Shown one piece after another: positions 25,673-30,499 of a stretch of 30,499 nt of DNA. Source of the stretch: Candidatus Methylomirabilia bacterium (GTDB lineage: Bacteria; Methylomirabilota; Methylomirabilia; Rokubacteriales; CSP1-6); contig JBGQHJ010000046.1 in the NCBI GenBank assembly GCA_041497895.1, positions 1-30,499 of the forward strand. Reading direction: 5' to 3'. The notes beneath the pieces were generated by a model, which saw only the letters and a list, made by a program, of their open reading frames with translations, had not been told where the DNA came from and did no database searches. Position 1 is the stretch's first letter. Every line of letters begins with the position of its first letter. The translations under genes and the position numbers were made by a program.

Positions 25673-26605
25673 ATGAGGCGTTCGCACGACGTCCGAGCCG
25701 GCCTGATGGACCGACGTTCATTGCTGCAGGGCATGGCGCTCCTGGGGGGACTGACGCTTTGTCCCCGGATCGCGGGCGCGCAGGCCGGGGCGGCCAAGGC
25801 CGGCACGATCATGGTGCGCTGGCTGGGCGGCGGCGTGGTCGAGCTGGCCACGCCGGACTACAAGCAGATGGCCTACATCGACGCCTGGATCTGGAACAAC
25901 GCGGGCTGGTCGCGGTTCAACGTTCCCAAGCCCCCCGAGTACGCCTCGAAAGAGGGATTCGTGCAGTACGTCAAGGCGAAGTCACCCCAGGCAGTGCTGG
26001 TGCTGCTCACCCACGATCACGGTGATCACATCGGCGACTATTTCGAGATGCTCCAGGTCCTCAACGCCGCCGGCCTGCCGGTCAAGACCGCCGGGCAGAG
26101 CGATCTCATGCGCAAGGGGCTCGTCCCCGAGTTCAAGACCGCCAATCTCGATCCGGCGCAGATCGTCCTCAACTCGGGCGGCAGCATGAACTTCGGCGGC
26201 ACCTCCAAGCATGGCGACATGACGGTGCATCTCGTGCCGGCCATCCACTCGACCCTGGCCGGCTACCCGTCGGCCGGCTTCATCCTCGACATCGGCGGAG
26301 TCCGCGTGTACGCGAGCGGCGACACCGACCTCTTCGGCGACATGAAGATGATCGGCGAGCGCTACCGGCCTCAGCTGGGATTCTTCTGCGTCGGCGACGG
26401 GCCGTACACGATGGGCCCGCAGGACGCCGCCCGCGCCTGTCAATGGACGGGCGTGTCGCAGGCAGTGCCGGTGCACTACGCCCACAACGCGCAGGTGCTC
26501 GGCACCCAGGCCGGCGAGGACTTCCGCCGCGCGGTCTCGACCATCGCGCCGAGCGTGAAGGTGCACGTGATGAAGCCGGGCGACAGCATCCAGGTCACCG
26601 CCTGA
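25673..26605 (+). CDS. Tat-exported MBL-fold metal-dependent hydrolase (UlaG/UPF0173-like)
   Basis: Twin-arginine DRRSLL signal, LLTHDHGDHIGD, PAIHS, YASGDT, VPVHY. AAGGAGG RBS. Confidence 0.88.
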   Translation: MRRSHDVRAGLMDRRSLLQGMALLGGLTLCPRIAGAQAGAAKAGTIMVRWLGGGVVELATPDYKQMAYIDAWIWNNAGWSRFNVPKPPEYASKEGFVQYVKAKSPQAVLVLLTHDHGDHIGDYFEMLQVLNAAGLPVKTAGQSDLMRKGLVPEFKTANLDPAQIVLNSGGSMNFGGTSKHGDMTVHLVPAIHSTLAGYPSAGFILDIGGVRVYASGDTDLFGDMKMIGERYRPQLGFFCVGDGPYTMGPQDAARACQWTGVSQAVPVHYAHNAQVLGTQAGEDFRRAVSTIAPSVKVHVMKPGDSIQVTA

Positions 26606-26618
26606 TCCGGCCCAGCGC

Positions 26619-26650
26619 GCGCGGCGCGGTGACTGACGCGCCGCGCTCTT
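26619..26650 (+). terminator. Putative terminator hairpin
   Basis: 10-bp stem GCGCGGCGCG / CGCGCCGCGC followed by TCTT (weak U tract). Confidence 0.45.
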
Positions 26651-26678
26651 GCCCCCTCGCGGCCCGGCGTGCTAGTCT
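26649..26678 (+). promoter_or_regulatory. Sigma70-type promoter for the tautomerase-lactonase-ABC operon
   Basis: TTGCCC-N18-TAGTCT with extended -10 TG. Confidence 0.5.
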
Positions 26679-26740
26679 CCCGGCACTTTCCGAGGGGCAG
26701 CGCAGCGCCTCTCATCACGCCGGAGCCAAGGGAGACTCCG

Positions 26741-26935
26741 ATGCCATTCGTGAACATCCGCATCTACGAGGGCTGGGGCAAGGATCGCCTGGACGAGATC
26801 GCCAAGCGGGTCACCGCCGCGATCACCGACATCACCCATCTGCCGAAGGAAGCGGTCTGGGTGGTCTTCGAGGAGGTGGACCCGCCCGACTGGTACGTCG
26901 GCGGCAAGCCCGGCGAGCGCATGGCCAAGAAGTGA
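26741..26935 (+). CDS. 4-oxalocrotonate tautomerase family protein
   Basis: 64 aa. Catalytic Pro-1 (MPFVNIRIYEG), VWVVFEEV...WYVGG. GGGAG RBS. Confidence 0.9.
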   Translation: MPFVNIRIYEGWGKDRLDEIAKRVTAAITDITHLPKEAVWVVFEEVDPPDWYVGGKPGERMAKK

Positions 26936-27828
26936 CCACCAGTCCCACAACTGTCCGCGACCCACGTTTCACCCAGGTCGTGGGCGCCACGGTTGCGTTC
27001 GAGACCATCGCCACCGGGTGTCTGTTCACCGAGGGGCCGCTCTGGCATCCGTCCGGGCAGTACCTGCTCTGGAGCGACATGCCGGGCGATCACCTGCGCC
27101 GCTGGTCGGTCAAGGACGGCGTCACGACCTTCCGCAAGCCCTGCAACAAGTCGAACGGCCTCACGTGGGATCGGGAGGGCCGGCTGCTGGCCTGCGAGCA
27201 CGCCTCGAGCCAGGTCTCGCGCACCGAGAGGGACGGCCGCATCACTCCCCTCGCCACCCACTTCCAGGGCAAGCAGCTCAACAGCCCCAACGACATCGTC
27301 TGCTCGGCCGACGGAGGCATCTACTTCAGCGATCCGCCCTACGGCCGCGCCGAGTTCTACGGCGTCGCGCGCCCGCAGGAGCTGTCGTTCCAGGGCGTGT
27401 TCCGGGTCGGTCCGGATCCGAAGAGCCCGGTCCTGGTGGCCGACGACTTCGACCGGCCCAACGGGCTCTGCTTCTCGCTCGACGGCCGGCGCCTCTTCGT
27501 CAACGACACCGCCCGTCAGCACATCCGGGTCTTCGACGTAAAGGGCGACGGCACGCTCGCGGGCGGTCGGGTCTGGGCCGAGACCACCGGCGAGGGCAAG
27601 GGCGCGCCCGACGGCATGAAGATCGATTCCCGGGGCAACGTGTACTGCTGCGGCCCGGGCGGCATCCACGTCCTGAGCCCGGAGGCGGAGAGCCTGGGCG
27701 TGATCCATGTGCCCGAGCACGTCGCCAACTTCGCGTGGGGCGACGCGGACCTCCGGAGCCTCTACATCACCGCCTCCACCTCGGTGTTCCGCATTCGCGC
27801 CGCCGTCCCCGGCCTGCCCGCGCTGTGA
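26932..27828 (+). CDS. SMP-30/gluconolactonase family protein
   Basis: GTGA overlap. FTEGPLW, SNGL, LNSPND, YFSDPPYG, PNGLCFS, PDGMKID. Confidence 0.92.
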   Translation: MTTSPTTVRDPRFTQVVGATVAFETIATGCLFTEGPLWHPSGQYLLWSDMPGDHLRRWSVKDGVTTFRKPCNKSNGLTWDREGRLLACEHASSQVSRTERDGRITPLATHFQGKQLNSPNDIVCSADGGIYFSDPPYGRAEFYGVARPQELSFQGVFRVGPDPKSPVLVADDFDRPNGLCFSLDGRRLFVNDTARQHIRVFDVKGDGTLAGGRVWAETTGEGKGAPDGMKIDSRGNVYCCGPGGIHVLSPEAESLGVIHVPEHVANFAWGDADLRSLYITASTSVFRIRAAVPGLPAL

Positions 27829-27869
27829 GGATCCGACCCGCATTGTCTCGTAGCCAAAGGAGGCTCCCC

Positions 27870-29057
27870 ATGATGCTCCGCATGTTCGCGATGCTCCTGG
27901 CCCTGGCCCTCGCCGCGCCGATGGTCGCGGAGGCCCAGAAGCCGATCAAGGTAGGCGTACCCCTGCCCCTCTCCGGCCCGCCCGCGCTGTTCGGGGACCC
28001 CGCCTCCAAGGGCGCCCAGATGTACGTCGACGAGCTCAACGCCAAGGGCGGCGTGCTCGGCCGCAAGATCGAGCTGATCATCCGCGACTCCAAGGCGGAC
28101 GCCAACGAGGCGGTGCGGGTCGCCCGCGAGATGATCCTGAAGGACAACGTGGACTTCCTGATGGGCACGCTCACCTCCGCGGAGGGCCCGGCGGTCTCGG
28201 TGGTGGCGAAGGAGAACAAGATCGTCTTCATCGCCCCGATCCCGAAGACCGACCAGCTCACCGCCGCCGACAAGCTGCACCCCTACGTGTTCCGCATCGC
28301 GGCCAACACCACCATGGAGGGCCGCAGCGCGGCCGAGATCGTGGCCAAGTGGCCGGTGACCAAGGTCGCCACCATCGCCTTCGACTACGCCTACGGCCAG
28401 GACGTGACCAAGGCCTTTGTCGATCACATCAAGAAGATCAAGCCGAGCGTGCAGATCGTGGACCAGCAGTGGCCGAAGCTCGGCGAGCAGGATTACAACC
28501 CGTTCATCAACGCCCAGATGGCCAAGAAGCCGGAGGCCATCGTGTCGTCCATCTGGGGCGGCTTCTTCGTCACCTACGCCAAGCAGGGCAAGGCCCTCGG
28601 CATGTTCGACGCGGTGAAGTACAACTTCATCGGCCTGGGCGAGGCGGCCACTCCGGAGACCACCAAGGCGATGGGCGCCGACTACCCGGTGGGCATCTGG
28701 GGCAACTCCTACGACGCGTTCTACTGGGGGGAGACGCCGGCCCACCGCGAGTACACCGAGCGTCTCTCCAAGTACCTGAAGGACGAGTACCCGTCATCGT
28801 GGGCTATCCAGGGCTACACCGGCATGCAGTTCCTGGCCGAGGCGATCAAGAAGGCGGGCAGCACCGACTCCGACAAGGTCGCCAAGGCCCTGCTCGGCCT
28901 CACCATCGACACCCCGATCGGCAAGCAGACGATCCGAGAAAAGGATCACCAGGCCAACCGCGGCCAGCTCTACGGTAAGACGGTGAAGGATCCCAAGTAC
29001 CCGTTCGCGATCATGAAGCCGATCGAGTACGTCGACCCCACCAAGTTCATGGACTAG
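27870..29057 (+). CDS. ABC transporter substrate-binding protein (Liv-type)
   Basis: Signal peptide AEA-Q, IKVG...LSGP, GGVLGRKIELIIRDS, DYAYGQD. AAGGAGG RBS. Confidence 0.92.
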   Translation: MMLRMFAMLLALALAAPMVAEAQKPIKVGVPLPLSGPPALFGDPASKGAQMYVDELNAKGGVLGRKIELIIRDSKADANEAVRVAREMILKDNVDFLMGTLTSAEGPAVSVVAKENKIVFIAPIPKTDQLTAADKLHPYVFRIAANTTMEGRSAAEIVAKWPVTKVATIAFDYAYGQDVTKAFVDHIKKIKPSVQIVDQQWPKLGEQDYNPFINAQMAKKPEAIVSSIWGGFFVTYAKQGKALGMFDAVKYNFIGLGEAATPETTKAMGADYPVGIWGNSYDAFYWGETPAHREYTERLSKYLKDEYPSSWAIQGYTGMQFLAEAIKKAGSTDSDKVAKALLGLTIDTPIGKQTIREKDHQANRGQLYGKTVKDPKYPFAIMKPIEYVDPTKFMD

Positions 29058-29070
29058 GCGCTCCGGGCCC

Positions 29071-29153
29071 GCCGAGTGACGCCGGGGCGGGGGACATTCC
29101 CTTGTTCGATACCCCACTCACCGGGAATGCCCCCCGCCCCGGCGTCACTCGGC
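29071..29153. repeat. Long inverted repeat (31-bp arms)
   Basis: Arms at 29071-29101 and 29123-29153 are complementary at 30 of 31 positions, with a 21-nt loop. Confidence 0.9.
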
Positions 29154-29228
29154 TACCCGCTATCCCCCGACCATGACCTCCATAGGCTCCCCGATCGTTA
29201 GAGTCTCCGACTAGAAGATCTTCCCTCG

Positions 29229-30110
29229 ATGGACCCGTCGTTTGTCTTTGCGCAGAGTCTGAGCGGCCTGACCGCCGCGATGTTCCTGTTCCTGATCGCG
29301 TCGGGGCTCTCGCTGATCTTCGGGGTGCTGCGGGTGCTGAACTTCGCCCACGGCACCTTCTACATGCTGGGGGCCTACTGCGCCTTCCAGATCGTGCAGT
29401 GGATCGGGCTCGACGGGGGCCGCTTCTGGCTGGCCGCCCTCGGGGCCGCCCTCGCCGTCGCGGCCCTCGGCGGGATCATCGAGCGCTTCCTCTTCCGCCG
29501 CCTCTACGGCAAGGAGGAGCTCTACCAGCTCCTCTTCACCTACGCCCTGGTGCTGATCCTGAGCGACGTCGCCAAGCTCATCTGGGGCACCCAGCAAAAA
29601 TCGGTGAGCCGGCCGGCCGAGCTGACCGGCGCCTTCCACGTGTTCGGCGCCACCGTGCCCCACTACAACCTCTTCATCCTGCTCCTGGGCCCGACGATCG
29701 CGCTCGCCTTCTGGTTCGTGCTGCAGCGCACGCGGGCCGGCCGGTTCATCCGGGCCGCCGCGCTCGACCGCGAGACGCTGGGCGCGCTCGGCGTGAACGT
29801 GGACGGCCTCTACACGTGGGTCTTCGTGCTCGCGTCGTTCCTGGGCGGGCTCGGCGGCGCCCTGATCGCGCCGATGCGCGCCACCACTCCCGGCATGGAC
29901 ACCGAGGTGATCGTGGAGGCATTCGTGGTGGTGGTGATCGGCGGCCTCGGCTCCTTCTGGGGCACCTTCCTGGGCGCGCTGATCTACGGGCAGGTGCTCT
30001 CCTTCGGCATCCTCTTCTTCCCGCGCTTCTCGATCTTCTCGGTCTTCGCCCTCATGGCCGCGGTCCTGATCATCCGCCCCTGGGGCCTCCTGGGCCGGCC
30101 CCTGAAATAA
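29229..30110 (+). CDS. livH: Branched-chain amino acid-type ABC permease
   Basis: ASGLSLIFGVLRVLNFAHG, GRFIRAA, VVIGGLGS, IRPWGLLG. Confidence 0.92.
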   Translation: MDPSFVFAQSLSGLTAAMFLFLIASGLSLIFGVLRVLNFAHGTFYMLGAYCAFQIVQWIGLDGGRFWLAALGAALAVAALGGIIERFLFRRLYGKEELYQLLFTYALVLILSDVAKLIWGTQQKSVSRPAELTGAFHVFGATVPHYNLFILLLGPTIALAFWFVLQRTRAGRFIRAAALDRETLGALGVNVDGLYTWVFVLASFLGGLGGALIAPMRATTPGMDTEVIVEAFVVVVIGGLGSFWGTFLGALIYGQVLSFGILFFPRFSIFSVFALMAAVLIIRPWGLLGRPLK

Positions 30111-30115
30111 CCCCC

Positions 30116-30499
30116 GTGCTCTCGCGAATCCCCTGGGCCCTGCTCGTGCTGCTCGCCGCGTTCTTCGTGCCCGCGGTGACCTCGCGCTTCTACACCTTCC
30201 TGGCCAACGACATGGCGATCTGGGCCCTCTTCGCCACCAGCCTGAACCTGCTCGTGGGCTACACCGGGCTCGTCTCGTTCGGCCACGCCGCCTACTTCGG
30301 CATCGGGGCCTACGCCACCGGCCTCCTCATGAAGAAGGCGGGCGTCTCGTTCCTGATCGCCTTTCCCGCCGCCGGCGTGATCGCCGGGCTCTGCGCGCTG
30401 GTCTTCGGCTTCTTCTGCGTGCGCCTCACCCGCATCTACTTCGCGATGCTCACGCTCGCCTTCGCCCAGATCGTGTGGGCCATCTGCTTCAAGTGGAAC
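30116..30499 (+). CDS. livM: Branched-chain amino acid-type ABC permease (partial, runs off the window)
   Basis: GTG 30116 opens MLSRIPW...SLNLLVGYTGLVSFGHAAYFGIGAY...IYFAMLTLAFAQ. Confidence 0.88.
   Translation, partial: MLSRIPWALLVLLAAFFVPAVTSRFYTFLANDMAIWALFATSLNLLVGYTGLVSFGHAAYFGIGAYATGLLMKKAGVSFLIAFPAAGVIAGLCALVFGFFCVRLTRIYFAMLTLAFAQIVWAICFKWN

Overview
A very GC-rich, gene-dense bacterial chromosomal window. Gene content and style suggest Candidatus Rokubacteria/Methylomirabilota (inference only). In order: a cupin divergent from an operon of MlrC/M81 peptidase, DUF1054, HAD phosphatase and TPMT/halide-methyltransferase-like genes; a complete Liv-type ABC importer; two small lipoproteins; an AttEFGH-like module (ABC ATPase, double-FtsX permease, lipocalin/CrtC-like protein); YoaK; a short accessory-looking patch (DksA/TraR zinc finger, tiny lipoprotein, ATP-dependent ligase reduced to its adenylation domain); a tightly coupled run of orphan ParB-like protein, pterin-4a-carbinolamine dehydratase, dihydropteridine-reductase-like SDR, flavin disulfide reductase and a heterodimeric exported M16 peptidase; a lipoprotein; a HAD hydrolase with a Cas4/AddB-like PD-(D/E)XK nuclease; a Tat-exported MBL-fold hydrolase; a tautomerase, a gluconolactonase and a second, truncated Liv-type ABC cluster. 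No rRNA, tRNA, CRISPR array, transposase or integrase was seen. The most notable signals are the PCD plus QDPR-like pterin-recycling pair, the OB-less ligase patch, a palindromic element inserted in frame in the methyltransferase, several apparently leaderless genes and a shared ECF-like promoter motif.
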